A stretch of DNA of 64,000 bases from an uncultured Spirochaetota bacterium (lineage in GTDB: Bacteria > Spirochaetota > Spirochaetia > SZUA-6 > Fen-1364), in contig CAVYIU010000009.1 in NCBI GenBank assembly GCA_963768665.1, forward strand, positions 579,333 through 643,332, read 5' to 3'. The notes under the pieces are model-generated. The model was not told the origin of the DNA and ran no database searches. It saw nothing but the letters and a program-made list of their open reading frames with translations. A program made the translations under genes and the position numbers. Below are positions 9,749-20,159 of this stretch, one piece after another (position 1 is the first letter of the stretch; every line of letters starts with the position of its first letter).

Positions 9749-11282
9749 TGAGACGCCCTGCGCTTTCCCTTTCGGCCGCCGGACTCCTTTCCGGCACGCT
9801 CCTCCTTGCCGGCTCGCAGCGGCGGGAGCGCCGGCAGCGGGACCGGGCGGGCTCATCATCCCCGTGCCGCTGGCGAGGTCCTCCCAGGCAGCCGCCGGGA
9901 CGCCCGCGCCCGAGCCGACGTCGGATTCCGCGGCAAACAGGCCGCGCATCGCCATAGACCCGTCCCTCTCCGTTCTCCAGGTGCTGACGGTCAACCTGGA
10001 CGCCGACCCGGAGGAGGAGCAGGTGATCGCGGTGAAGAAGCTTTCGGACGTCAGCTCACCGGTGCACATCCTCATTGCCGACGCGGACCCCGGCCAGGGA
10101 ACGTACTATTACCAGAGCTGGGAGGGAGAAACGCTGGCGACGGACACGCACGTGTTCTCGCTCTCCGTTATGGATGTGGTCGGCGACCACGGCGCGCAGA
10201 TCGTTGTGAACGGCATGAACGACGCGGGCAAGCTTACCCTGGACATCTTCCGCGCCGTGCCGTCCCGCACGACAAAGGGCCTCACCTACAAGCCCATATT
10301 CCAGCTCGTCGGGGACGAGATTTCGATCGAGGAAGTTGAACGTCCGGACTCTTACTCCACCGATCAGCAGCCCGGACCGAGCTTTCCCATCCAGGTCTAC
10401 CTCCGTGATCCCGACTCGACAAACGTTCTCGACCTCGTGAGCATCCTGTACACGTGGAAGGCGTCCGAGGGCCGCTACGTGCCCGGGCCCGCACAGAAAA
10501 TCCCGGGCGAGGATGTCCAGCAGGCCAAGCTCAAGGAGCTGTACCTGAGCGCCGGAGAGGATGCGTTCGAGCGCTTCATCGACGGATCCTGGGTGCAGGC
10601 CGACCCATCCTCGGGCGCCGCGGGCTTCACGTCCATCATCGATTTCGACACGCGCAACCGCACGATATCGGTGGCCACCGGCAACACGGCCGAGGACGTC
10701 TATGACTGGACCGAATCGCACCGGACAATCTACAAGACGCTGCGCGTGGTTGGTGAAAACCAGACCGTGCCGCTCATCAAGCTCATCCGCCGTTTCACCA
10801 TCACGGCCGACTCGCCGACGAGCATCACCGTCCAGGTGAACGGGGAAGAAACGACCGAGCAGATCACGACAGTCTACACGAAGGTGACCGACGAGATGCG
10901 TTCCCAGCTGCTCGAGCGCGCCGACGCTCATGTCGGGAACGCGGCGATGTCGCTGCAGGGCACCTACACGGGGCCCGGAGGGGTCGTGGTCGATTTTGGT
11001 GACGCCCGCCTGACGTGGTCAGAAGGCGGGCGGAAGGTCACGGAAAGCTACGTGCTGTTCTCCCTGGGGACCGCCACCATCCTGACCACCCGGGTCGCGG
11101 CAACGGAATCCTCGCCCGAGCAGACGAACTCGTGGCTCGTGGGGTACCAGGAAAGGAACGACACTTCCGTGATTACCCGCACGATCTCGCTGTCGTCTGT
11201 ACGCTTGACGGTTTCGGGCTACGAGGACTCCAACGGCTCCGACTACATGCTCACCCAGACGGCTGACGTGAAGAAGAAGTAG
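9745..11282 (+). CDS. Large secreted hypothetical protein, spirochaete-type (1 frameshift ~9850)
   Basis: Signal-peptide-like start MMRRPALSLSAAGLLSGTLLLAG (ORF 9745-9957) joins to the 472-aa ORF 9864-11282. No recognisable catalytic motifs. Confidence 0.5.
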
Positions 11283-12496
11283 CGTCTGCTTTCTGGGAAG
11301 CGACGAAGCCGCTGTAGCCGGCCTTTGCCAGCCTGAGGAGTACGGCCTGTGCCTGGTCATTCGTCAGTCCCGTGGCGGCAAGAACGCGGAATCGCTGTCG
11401 ACCCTGGACTGTTTCCTCGAGAATCGTCGCAGTGAACCCCTTCCGGTCGAGCTCCGCAACGAGATCATCCGCGTTTTCCCTGACCTGGAATGCTCCTGCC
11501 TGGACCATGTAGAGAACGGCCGCAGGACCGGGTGACAAGGGAAGCGCCGGGCAGATCATTCGGCGAGGCGCCTGCGGCCGACGTCCCCGCGGACGATGCG
11601 CTGCCCGTCGGATCCGCGGCGGGAACCGTTGCCGCGGTTGGCTCGCCCTGGACGGCAGGCGCGGGAGCGGCAGAAGCATCAGCCTCGGGCGAGCGGGCCG
11701 TTGCCGACGCTCCTGCCGCGGGTGCGTCGAGAGAGTCGATGAACGCGAGGGCGCCCGGTGTCGGTGAGAGGCGCACCGTGGGCGTGGTGCCGCCCTGGTT
11801 CGGGGCGCCGGCAGCCGTCGCCATGACCGCCTCGGGTGAACCGGCGAACCGGACACCGAGAGCGAGCCGGTCGCCGGGGCTGCCCCGGCGACCTGGAAAG
11901 AATCCACATCGCTTTCAGCGCGATATCGGGATCACCTGTTCGCGAAGCGAGGTCGACCAAACGCTTCGACGCCGAATCCCGGTCTCCCGACCGGTAAGTC
12001 GGCAAGGGCATCGAGGAGTGCAGTCGCCGCGTGTCCCTTGCCGCGCATGACGACGTCGGCGAATCCATCGGCATCATTCATCTCGACCGACAGCAGGCCT
12101 GCACACAGCAGCGACACGTCCGGCCCCTCCCTGTTCGAAGGCGAGGAGGTAGGCCGCTCGTGCGTCCTCCAGGCGGCCGGTGACGTCGAACAGGTGGGCA
12201 ATGCGCAGGAACTCGTCGGCGGCTCCCTTCAACCCGCGCCCCTCTTCAAGAAACCGGCCGGATTCGGCAAGGAGCGAGGGGAAATCACGCGCTGCAGAGA
12301 AGTAGGCATCGAACACGCGGGCTGCCCCCGGTGCGCTGCTGTTCGCGTGAAGCCACTGTGCGTAGAGCTCGGCGGCGACGGCCGGATTGCCCGATCCCTG
12401 GGCGGCCGCCGCATGCTTGAGCATCGGATCAGCGGGCGCCAGGAGAGTCGTCAGCAGGAAGGCAGCAGCCAGCGAAGCCGGGAAGGCAAACCTCAC
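11251..12496 (-). CDS. SPOR-domain (peptidoglycan-binding) protein with TPR-like N-terminus and Ala/Pro-rich linker (>=4 frameshifts)
   Basis: N-terminal signal MRFAFPASLAAAFLLTTLLA (ORF 12074-12496). Linker fragments lie in ORFs 11932-12201, 11679-12077 and 11465-11824. C-terminal SPOR fold: VLYMVQAGAFQVRENADDLVAELDRKGFTATILEETVQGRQRFRVLAATGLTNDQAQAVLLRLAKAGYSGF. Confidence 0.6.
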
Positions 12497-12578
12497 CTGA
12501 TTTCCTCCATCGTCCCTCAGAATATCGGCGACCGCGGAGGGCTGCGTTAGGAAGGCGACGACCGTCGAGGCCCGGAAA

Positions 12579-12915
12579 TCAGGAGCGGGACTTCAGTCCT
12601 CGGAAGAACTTCACGACTGACCAGATGCCTGCGCCGAGCAGCCCGATGCCGGGAATGAGCATGAGGATACGCAGCCCGGGAATCAGGGCCGAGGCGAGGG
12701 TGAGTATGCCCGCGGCTGCGGTCACGACGCCGGCGGTCTTCTCTAGATTTCGACCCGGAAAGGGCAAGGCCCACGACGGTGATAACGCCGCCCGCGACGA
12801 CCCCCAGCAGTCCATGAAAACCAGCGAGGACGAGCAGCCCGACTCCCCCTGCAATTGCGCCGACTGCCTTGACGCCGCTTTTCGACACCTGGCTGCGAGG
12901 CACGATATCACTCAT
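12579..12915 (-). CDS. Small multi-pass membrane protein, unknown function (1 frameshift ~12750)
   Basis: MSDIVPRSQVSKSGVKAVGAIAGGVGLLVLAGFHGLLGVVAGGVITVVGLALSG joins to ..TAGVVTAAAGILTLASALIPGLRILMLIPGIGLLGAGIWSVVKFF. This gives four Gly/Ala-rich hydrophobic helices. Confidence 0.45.
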
Positions 12916-12993
12916 CTGCTTCCCCCCTGGTAACGATGTACGCAGGCGCACGTGTGCCTGTCCAGAGACAAACGCGCCCGCGCTCACCGCGAG

Positions 12994-13022
12994 TTGACAT
13001 CGCCGCGGCACCCCACTAAAGT
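12994..13022 (+). promoter_or_regulatory. Sigma70-type promoter for the downstream LiaF-like gene
   Basis: TTGACA (12994-12999), exact 17-nt spacer, TAAAGT (13017-13022). Confidence 0.5.
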
Positions 13023-13066
13023 GTGACGACGCATCCCCTGGCCGCAGGATAGCCCTGCTCGTCTCG

Positions 13067-13883
13067 GTGTTTTCGCTGCTCACAGGGGTTTTTCTCCTCG
13101 GCTACAACCTGCGTCTCATCACGGAGGAAGCGCGGGGCGTGGCGTTGAATCTCTGGCCCGTCCTGCTCATAGGCGCGGGCATCCTCCTGGTCAGGGATTC
13201 GACGAAAAAGCGCGCATTCGCCACCGCCGCCCGGGCCGCGCACGGTCCAGTTCCCGCTTCCCACCTCGCCCTCGGCGACCGAGCTGACCTGCCGCGTGCA
13301 GTTCTCCTACGGGGAGCTGGTCACGGGGCCTGCGGAAGGACCGGCTCGCCTCGTCACCGAACAGGTCGGCCCGACACCCGCGCCGTCCATCCAGGAGCAG
13401 CTCGTCGGTGACCGCCACGAGGTGTCCATAGCGGTCAGTCAGCCCCTGTTCCCGGCTCACTTCCAGCTGCACAACACGTGGCGCCTCGAGCTGCCGAAGG
13501 CCATCACGCTCCACCTGTTTCTCCAGCTCCACGAGGCGGACCTTCGCATGGACCTGCGCCCGCTGGAAGTGGAATCCCTGGACCTGAAGGCGGAGTCGGG
13601 CGACCACAGGATCGTCCTCTGCCGTCCCCGGAAGAAGCTGTCGGCCCGCATCTACGCATCGGGCAGCAACCTGTCCCTCGTGCTTCCCGCGCGGGTCTTT
13701 GCGTGGGTCCGTCTCCTCAATCCTTTCTGCCGCGTCGACTACCCCCAGGGGGATCTCGAGAAGAAGGAAGACGGCTCGCTCATGACGGCGCGCGCCGCGG
13801 ACCCGCACGGGAGCGTGGACGTGGAGGTGGACGGCCCGCTGCGCACGCTGTACCTTGACATCGACGATTCCGTCGAAGCTTGA
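13067..13883 (+). CDS. LiaF-like / DUF4097-type membrane-anchored protein (1-2 frameshifts ~13220-13300)
   Basis: N-terminal TM helices (FSLLTGVFLLGYNL.., LWPVLLIGAGILLV). The C-terminal beta-rich domain has repeated 'L.L....G...I' strands (ORF 13296-13883). The family call is tentative. Confidence 0.4.
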
Positions 13884-14534
13884 AGAAGGCACCCGCGAGT
13901 GCTACGATTCCAGGAAACCGGGAGAAGAATGTGAAACGACGCACCACGCTTTTTTTCGCGGCTCTTGTCCTGTTCGCCTCAGGTCCCCTGTCCCTGTTTG
14001 CCGCGGACTCGCCCGGAAAGGAACCCTCGCAATACGGGCTGGGTGACCAGACCATGTCCATCGACGCCGGGACGTTCATCCCGCTCTTCCTGCTGCCGAC
14101 GGGTACTGCCCTCCTCGCGGATCGCCCCCGCACCTCACCCTCGGCGCCGTAGGCGGGCTCACCTGGGCGGCCTACGTGGCTCCGCAGATCCGGGGTTCGG
14201 CCTGGAGGTGGAGGGAGAGTATTTCTCCCAGTCGCCCAACGCTAACCCGCTCCTGATGCTGCCCTTGATTGCCGGGATCTACGTCTTCACCGCGTACCCG
14301 TTCGAGATTCCGCTCACCATGGGCGTGGGGATGAATATCGTGAAGTACGTCGCCATGACGACCATCGATCTCCTCCTGCGCCCCGGGGCGAGCGGCCTGT
14401 GGATCTACAACTCCTCGTGGTCCTTCGGCGTGAACCTCAACTGGTGGTTCGACATGCAATTCGCCCCAACGGCCGAGGATTCGCGGATCGGTAACTTCCT
14501 CGAGGTCTCCCTCACTGCGCTTTACCACTTCTAG
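13880..14534 (+). CDS. Small outer-membrane beta-barrel protein (2 frameshifts ~14100-14190)
   Basis: Signal peptide RRTTLFFAALVLFASGPLSLFAAD. Alternating hydrophobic strands. The C-terminus LEVSLTALYHF* ends in Phe, the typical OMP signature. Confidence 0.5.
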
Positions 14535-14543
14535 AGGAATCGG

Positions 14544-15728
14544 ATGAAAGCTTTCACCTTGTTTCGCCTCGCCCTTGCGGCAGCAGCGGCTGTCACGATT
14601 GCCGCGTGCACGCCCGACGGCGGCCTGATCTACAGCACCATAGAGACGGAGACCCAGGTAACGGATAATTCCCTCTCCAACACGCTCACCGTGGCAGACA
14701 TCGCCGTGCCGGCGACGGCACGTATTACGTGGCCGCGGGCACCATTTACCAGGGGGTCTTGAACACCGGCACGGACGTCGTCGCGTGGACGCCGAACCCT
14801 TCCGCGCCGGCACGCATCTACAACTCTCCGTCCGCTGATTCGATGGCGAACGCCCTTGCCTATTGCAACGGCGCTTTCTGGGGCGGCTTCTTCAACGACA
14901 AGACCATTCTCGGCCTGTACACCGCGGGGCCCACGCCGACTGCATGGACTGCGGTAAATGACTCGCATGTGGCCGGCAAGCAGGTGACGCTGCTCCAAGT
15001 TGCGGGCCCGACAACTCCGACGCCTAATCAGCACCTCTTCATGGTGGGAGCCACCTGGCCAGGGGGCAACGTGACGGGAAGCGCGGCGTCCTTCGAGCTG
15101 GATTTCAGCGCAACGGGCGCATCATCATGGAGCACGCTCGTGTACGGCCTCTCCCGCCCCATAGTCGGCGTGGTCTACTCGCCGGCGACCGCAAAGTATT
15201 ACATGGCCTCGGGGACGACGGTGTATTCGGACGCGGGAGCGCCTCCGACGGCGTTCGCCGCCACGGAGCCGCTGCCTGCTCTTGCAGCGGGCGACCAGAT
15301 CAACGCTCTCTACGCTGACACGGCCAACAGCCGTATCTTCGTCCTGACAAAGCTCGGGGGAATCTATTTCAAGGACGACGGGGCAGGGTCCGGGTGGGCA
15401 CAGGTGGCGGCGCCGGTCCTCAGCTCCGTAACAGTCTCCCTGCTCTGAAATGGCCGGGCCGATCGACTCCGCCGGCCCGAACGACGCCTATCTCGTAGGC
15501 TCGGACGGGTACGGGTATTTCTCCCTGTCATTCGCCGCTGCCAAGGCGAACTCCCCAACAACCTTTACGCAGTTCAGCGACAGCACGATCGCCCTGTACA
15601 CGGCGTCCGTGTCCAGGATCGTGGATGACAACGGCATGATCCTCATGGGCACGAACGGCGCGGGCCTCTGGCGGGCATCCTTCAACCCTGCCACCGGTGC
15701 CATTTCCTCGGCCTGGGACCAGGAGTGA
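14544..15728 (+). CDS. Lipoprotein, beta-propeller-like repeats (frameshifts ~14720 and ~15448)
   Basis: Lipobox MKAFTLFRLALAAAAAVTIAAC. Three collinear fragments (14544-14762, 14729-15448, 15450-15728) rich in G/T/S/Y/W strand-like repeats. Confidence 0.45.
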
Positions 15729-16087
15729 GCACGCGCACGGAGAGTATTCGTCGGCCCCGATGTCCCACCCCCGCGGCCGCCCCGTCGTCGTGAGCGGCTG
15801 GGCCGCGGTTCGCGGTCGGCCGGCGAAACCCTACCTTCTGTCGGTCCCGACGATGTTCGTGACGGGCCCCGTACTCGCAAGCCCCTGCGGCGCAGAGGGA
15901 GATCAGTGCCGGCGCCCAGGCCCAGCCATTCCCTGGCAACGCGGTAGCCTCCGCGCCCCCTGGAGATCGCCGCAAAATCGGTGGAGATGTTTCCCGACGA
16001 CGGTCCCGCGAACGGGTCCTGGTCAGCGCCGTTTGCGCGGGGATGAGACTCGCCGCCGCCGCGCCGGCAATCGTGTGCCCCGCGGGC

Positions 16088-16680
16088 TCAGAATATTCCG
16101 GTGAGCTCGGGGTCCTCTTCGTAGTAGTGCTCCTTCTTTTCCGACTCGCTCAGGCCCACCAGCTCGTGGCTCATGTAGTGGATCCAGAAATCGTCTTCCG
16201 GGGGTCGCGAGCTCGTGGAAGCGGCACCAGTAGTCCGGCTGCACGGGCAGCTGCTTCGCGAGGTAGCGGCGCAGCTTGTAGTCGTGGACGGCCACCCGCA
16301 CGTCTTCCCGCGGAATTCCCTTGTCCATGATGATCTCCACGAGGTGGTTGACCGTCCGCCCCGTGTCGAAGATGTCGTCCACCAGGAGAACCTTGTCACC
16401 GCTGCGCAGGTACTCGGGATCGTACGTCCAGCCGTCCACGCGCACGCGGTCCTGCAGCCCGACGTCCCGGTAGGAGCGCGCCACCACGGCCGCGTAGTAG
16501 ACGGGCCGCCGGTCCTTGCGCTTCATCTTGAAGAACTCGCTCATGACGTTGCCCATGTAGCGCCCCGCCGCGGAGCGAGACGTAGATGACGTCGGGATGG
16601 AATCCTTCGTTGTGGATGCGGTGCGCCAGCTTGATGGCGTTGTTCCGCACCGTCTGGTACGTGAGGAACTCCTTGCGCAT
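16088..16680 (-). CDS. Phosphoribosyltransferase (HPRT-like purine salvage enzyme) (2 frameshifts)
   Basis: PRPP-binding motif VLLVDDIFDTGRT. Fragments MRKEFLTYQTVRNNAIKLAHRIH.., ..YMGNVMSEFFKMKRKDRRPVYYAAVVARSY.. and ..FWIHYMSHELVGLSESEKKEHYYEEDPELTGIF* are collinear. Confidence 0.7.
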
Positions 16681-16693
16681 GTACCGGAGAGTC

Positions 16694-17446
16694 TAATGGA
16701 AAAGGGTGAGGATTTCCATGCGATCCCGGAGCACCGCCACGGTGTGCTCGAAATGCGCCGAATCGGCGCCGTCCGCCGTGACCACCGTCCAGCCGTCATC
16801 CAGCAGCTCGATGTCGCCGCGTGCCGGCGTTGATCATCGGCTCGATGGCGAGGACCATCCCTTCCTTGAGGCGCGGGATTGGGTCCGCCCCCGACGTAGT
16901 TGGGGATCTGCGGATCCTCGTGCATGGCAGAAGCCCGTGCCGTGCCCGCAGTACTCCCGGACGACGCCGAAGCCGTTGGCCACGGCGTGCTCGTACACGG
17001 CGCGGGAAATGTCGCTAATCCTGTTGCCCGGGCAGAGCCTGGGCCACTCCCCGCTCCAGGCATTCGCGCGTGACCTTCATAAGCCGCTCGCGCTGCCTGC
17101 TCGCCACCCCCACGCCGACAGTGATGGCGGCATCCGAGAAATACCCGTTGAGGTCCACGCCGAGGTCGATGCTGACGAGGTCCCCGGCAGCGAGCCTGCG
17201 CGGCCCGGGGATGCCGTGGATCACCTCGTTGTTCAGCGAGATGCAGAGGGAGGCGGGGTAGTTCATGTAGCCGAGGAACGCCGGGCGGCCCCCGTGACTC
17301 TCGATCCAGGACCGCGCAAAGGAATCCAGTTCGCGGGTGGAAATACCCTCCGCGACCATCTTCCTCAGCTCCTCCAGGGTCTGCGCGAGCAGGCGCCCCG
17401 ATGTCCGTATGCCGGCGATTTCCTTCTCGTTTTTCAGGCGGGTCAT
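16694..17446 (-). CDS. map: Type I methionine aminopeptidase (>=3 frameshifts)
   Basis: [23 protein letters not shown].., [25 protein letters not shown] and [10 protein letters not shown], then [10 protein letters not shown] in another frame. The C-terminal ..EILTLFH* ends 14 nt before the next gene. Confidence 0.85.
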
Positions 17447-17452
17447 GGCTTC

Positions 17453-17917
17453 CTACTTGCCCGCTTCTTCCTTGTCCCTGTCCCGCGCTTTTTCCTTCTT
17501 TTTTTCCTTCACGATGGCGGTGAACGCTTCTTCCGTCTCGGAGCCGAACGCTTCCTCGATGAGCTTGCGCGCGTCCTCGGTCTGCCCGGAGGTTATGGTG
17601 ACCTTTCCCTCGGTGATCACGCCGGGCTCCACGGTGAGCTTGGGCGTGACGATGTTTCCCAGCACCTTGCCCGTGTGCATGAGGCTCACTTCCTCCGAGG
17701 CGACGATATTCCCGATGAGGGTGCCCGCGATGGTCACCCGGCGCGCCTGGATGTCCGTCTTGACCTTCCCGGTAGGGCCCACGGTGAGCTGGTCGTCCGT
17801 GCGGATGTCCCCCTGGAATTTCCCTTCGATCAGGATCGACCCGTTCACAAAGAACCGGCCGTCGAAGATCGATCCCTCGCCGATCACGCAGTTTGTCGTA
17901 TCGTTCTTTCCCGCCAT
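17453..17917 (-). CDS. Bactofilin (polymer-forming cytoskeletal protein, DUF583)
   Basis: Intact from ATG 17917. Beta-helical repeats IGEGSIFDGRFFVNGSILIEGKFQGDIRTDDQLTVGPTGKVKTDIQARRVTIAGTLIGNIVASEEVSL. Lys/Glu-rich tail. Confidence 0.85.
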   Translation of the reverse strand: MAGKNDTTNCVIGEGSIFDGRFFVNGSILIEGKFQGDIRTDDQLTVGPTGKVKTDIQARRVTIAGTLIGNIVASEEVSLMHTGKVLGNIVTPKLTVEPGVITEGKVTITSGQTEDARKLIEEAFGSETEEAFTAIVKEKKKEKARDRDKEEAGK

Positions 17918-17960
17918 GGACACTCCTTCAAGTTTCCGGGACGCACGGGCCCGCATGCCA

Positions 17961-18003
17961 CTGCCCGGCCGCCGGGCCGCTGCCCGGCCGCCGGGCCGCT
18001 GCC
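17961..18003. repeat. 19-bp GC-rich tandem repeat (2.3 copies), each unit internally palindromic
   Basis: CTGCCCGGCCGCCGGGCCG occurs at 17961-17979 and 17980-17998, followed by CTGCC. Each unit contains GCCCGGC/GCCGGGC inverted arms. It lies in the 122-nt gap between the TPR gene stop and the bactofilin start. Confidence 0.8.
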
Positions 18004-18039
18004 TCATCACGGGCGCCTGTCCGCCCGGCACGATACCAC

Positions 18040-19692
18040 TTATGGGACTGTCCCGGCAAGTTTCCGCAGGACAAGCGAAGCGCGAAGGTTGGTGGGATCG
18101 AGGCGGAGCGATTGGGCGAGGGCGGTCTGCGCACCCCTCGCGTTCCCTCCCAGCAGGAGAGCCTCTCCCCGCACCTCCATGACACGCGACTGGAACGCGT
18201 CGCGAATGGCCGCGTCCCCTGCCCTGTCGAACTCGAGGGCGGCCATATCGACGGAGGAGACTGCGCCCCTCGTGTTGCCCGTGCTCAGGAGAACGAGGGC
18301 CATGTCGAAGCGCGCCTTCCCGTCGGGGCGCACGGCCGACGCCTTCTGGAAAAGGGCGACGGCTCGCGCGGCGTCGCCCTGCATCGCCGCAACAGTCCCC
18401 TGCAGGAGGAGGAGTCCGGCATCCGTTGCTCCGCCCGCCGCCTCCCGCTGGCGGAGGGCGATGGCAGCACCCTCCCAGTCCTGGACGGCAAAAAGCGCGT
18501 CCAGGAGAGACGAAAGCGCCCGGGAATCCACCGGGTTCACGTTGAACAGCTTCCAGAGGCGGGCGCGACGCGCCTCGGGTGAAAGCGAGGGGGACTGGAG
18601 ATCGAGCGCGAGCAGCGCAGCATCGACGTTCCCGGGGTCGGCCTTCAGGACAGGCTGGAGGATGGAAAGCGCTTGTCCCGGATCGCCGCGCTTCACCGCG
18701 AGCCGCGCCCGTGCCATCACGAGCTCCCGCGACCCGGGAAACCTGCGGAGGCCGTCGGAGATGTGCTCGTCGGCCTCGGCGTACCGGCCCTCCACCGCCG
18801 CGTCGTACGCGAGGTCGGCGTAGGGAATCCACGACAGGCCCGGGTCGAGGTCAACCCCCTCTGCAAGCCGCGCCGCCGATTCAGGGAAATGGCCTATGGC
18901 CTGCAGGGCATCGGCCGCGAGAAAGGAAGTCCGTGCGGTCTTTCCCCGAACCGCCTCGAGGGCCGAAAGCCGGCCCAGCGCACCGTTGTCATCCCCGGCG
19001 TCGTAAAGGATGGCCGCCGACGGCTCGGCGAACTGGGTGTCGTCGAGGCGTTCCTTCACCAGGGTGAGCGCCTGGTCCACACGGCCCGCCCCCATGGAAA
19101 GCAGCGCAGCGTCCAGAAACAGGCGCTGGTCGCCCGTGCGCAGCGCCGCGGACGCGTAGGCCGCCGCGTCGGTGCTCCGGCGCAGGGCGAGCAGGTCGCG
19201 CGTCAGTGCATCCGACCCCGTCCACGGGCTGCCGCGTCGAAGCGCAGCCTCGCCGCGGAGGAACTCTCCCGCCGACGGCGGAAGGCTGCCCGTCGAAAGC
19301 GTCTTCTCAGCCTCGGCGAGGCGCCCCGTTCTCAGCTGTGAATAGGCGGCGACCGCGCGGATATCGCGGCTCGACGGGCGGGACGCAAGGGCAGGGGCAC
19401 TCACTGCCTGAAGGACCGTCCAGTCGCCGCCGGCTCGGGAAACGGCAAGGGCCCTCTTCAGGATGCGCAGGATGTCGGCTTCCCCGCGGGGGAATGTCTT
19501 CAGGGCAAGCATCTCGTCACGCGCGGTGGAAAGCGATCCCTGCGCGAGATCGCCGTCGAGGCGCTCCAGGAGCGCCGGGACGTCGATTGCTGGCGGGAAC
19601 AGGACGCGGGGGAGAATGATGACGGCCGCGGCGGCAAGCGCCGCCAAGGCGCAGGCGGACAGGGCGAGAAGAGCGACGGCGCGCCGGCGCAT
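18040..19692 (-). CDS. Membrane-anchored TPR-repeat protein
   Basis: Intact 550-aa ORF. N-terminal TM MRRRAVALLALSACALAALAAAAVIIL, followed by Ala/Leu-rich TPR-like helical repeats. Confidence 0.7.
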   Translation of the reverse strand: MRRRAVALLALSACALAALAAAAVIILPRVLFPPAIDVPALLERLDGDLAQGSLSTARDEMLALKTFPRGEADILRILKRALAVSRAGGDWTVLQAVSAPALASRPSSRDIRAVAAYSQLRTGRLAEAEKTLSTGSLPPSAGEFLRGEAALRRGSPWTGSDALTRDLLALRRSTDAAAYASAALRTGDQRLFLDAALLSMGAGRVDQALTLVKERLDDTQFAEPSAAILYDAGDDNGALGRLSALEAVRGKTARTSFLAADALQAIGHFPESAARLAEGVDLDPGLSWIPYADLAYDAAVEGRYAEADEHISDGLRRFPGSRELVMARARLAVKRGDPGQALSILQPVLKADPGNVDAALLALDLQSPSLSPEARRARLWKLFNVNPVDSRALSSLLDALFAVQDWEGAAIALRQREAAGGATDAGLLLLQGTVAAMQGDAARAVALFQKASAVRPDGKARFDMALVLLSTGNTRGAVSSVDMAALEFDRAGDAAIRDAFQSRVMEVRGEALLLGGNARGAQTALAQSLRLDPTNLRASLVLRKLAGTVP

Positions 19693-19698
19693 TCTCTC

Positions 19699-20127
19699 CT
19701 ACTCCGCCCGGAGGCCGAGTGACTTGCGCACGCCGTCCAGCACGCCGTTGACGAACCGGTAGGAATCGGCCGTGCCGTAGGTCTTCGAGATGTCAACGGC
19801 CTCGTCGATTGTCACCGTCGGGGGGATGTCCTGCTGGTGGAGGAGACAGTAGACGCTCATGCGCAGCAGCGCCAGGTCCACCCGGTTGAGGCGCGTGAAA
19901 TCCCAGTTCTCCAGCTGTTTCTTGATGGTTTCGTCGATTTCCGGAAGGTTTTCGAGCGCGCCCTGGATCAGGAGCCGGGCGAAGTCGGTTGTTTCCGTTG
20001 GGTTCACCGACGGCTTGTCACTCTCCAGCCAGGAGAAATCGAGCAGCTCCTCCAGCGCCGCCCCGGAGAGGTCATAGCGATAGAGGGACTGGAACGCGAT
20101 GATCCTGCCCTTCCTGCGCGCGCCCAT
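19699..20127 (-). CDS. nusB: Transcription antitermination factor NusB
   Basis: Intact from ATG 20127: MGARRKGRIIAFQSLYRYDL..DFTRLNRVDLALLRMSVYCLLHQQDIPPTVTIDEAVDISKTYGTADSYRFVNGVLD. Confidence 0.9.
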   Translation of the reverse strand: MGARRKGRIIAFQSLYRYDLSGAALEELLDFSWLESDKPSVNPTETTDFARLLIQGALENLPEIDETIKKQLENWDFTRLNRVDLALLRMSVYCLLHQQDIPPTVTIDEAVDISKTYGTADSYRFVNGVLDGVRKSLGLRAE

Positions 20128-20159
20128 GTTCGTCCGTCGCGCCCGCGCCCCGCCAGCGC

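Noticed and set aside
17961-18003. The GC-rich tandem repeat considered as a CRISPR array or minisatellite.
   Set aside because: There are only 2.3 directly abutting copies of 19 bp with no spacers, and no cas genes anywhere in the window. It is not a CRISPR array.
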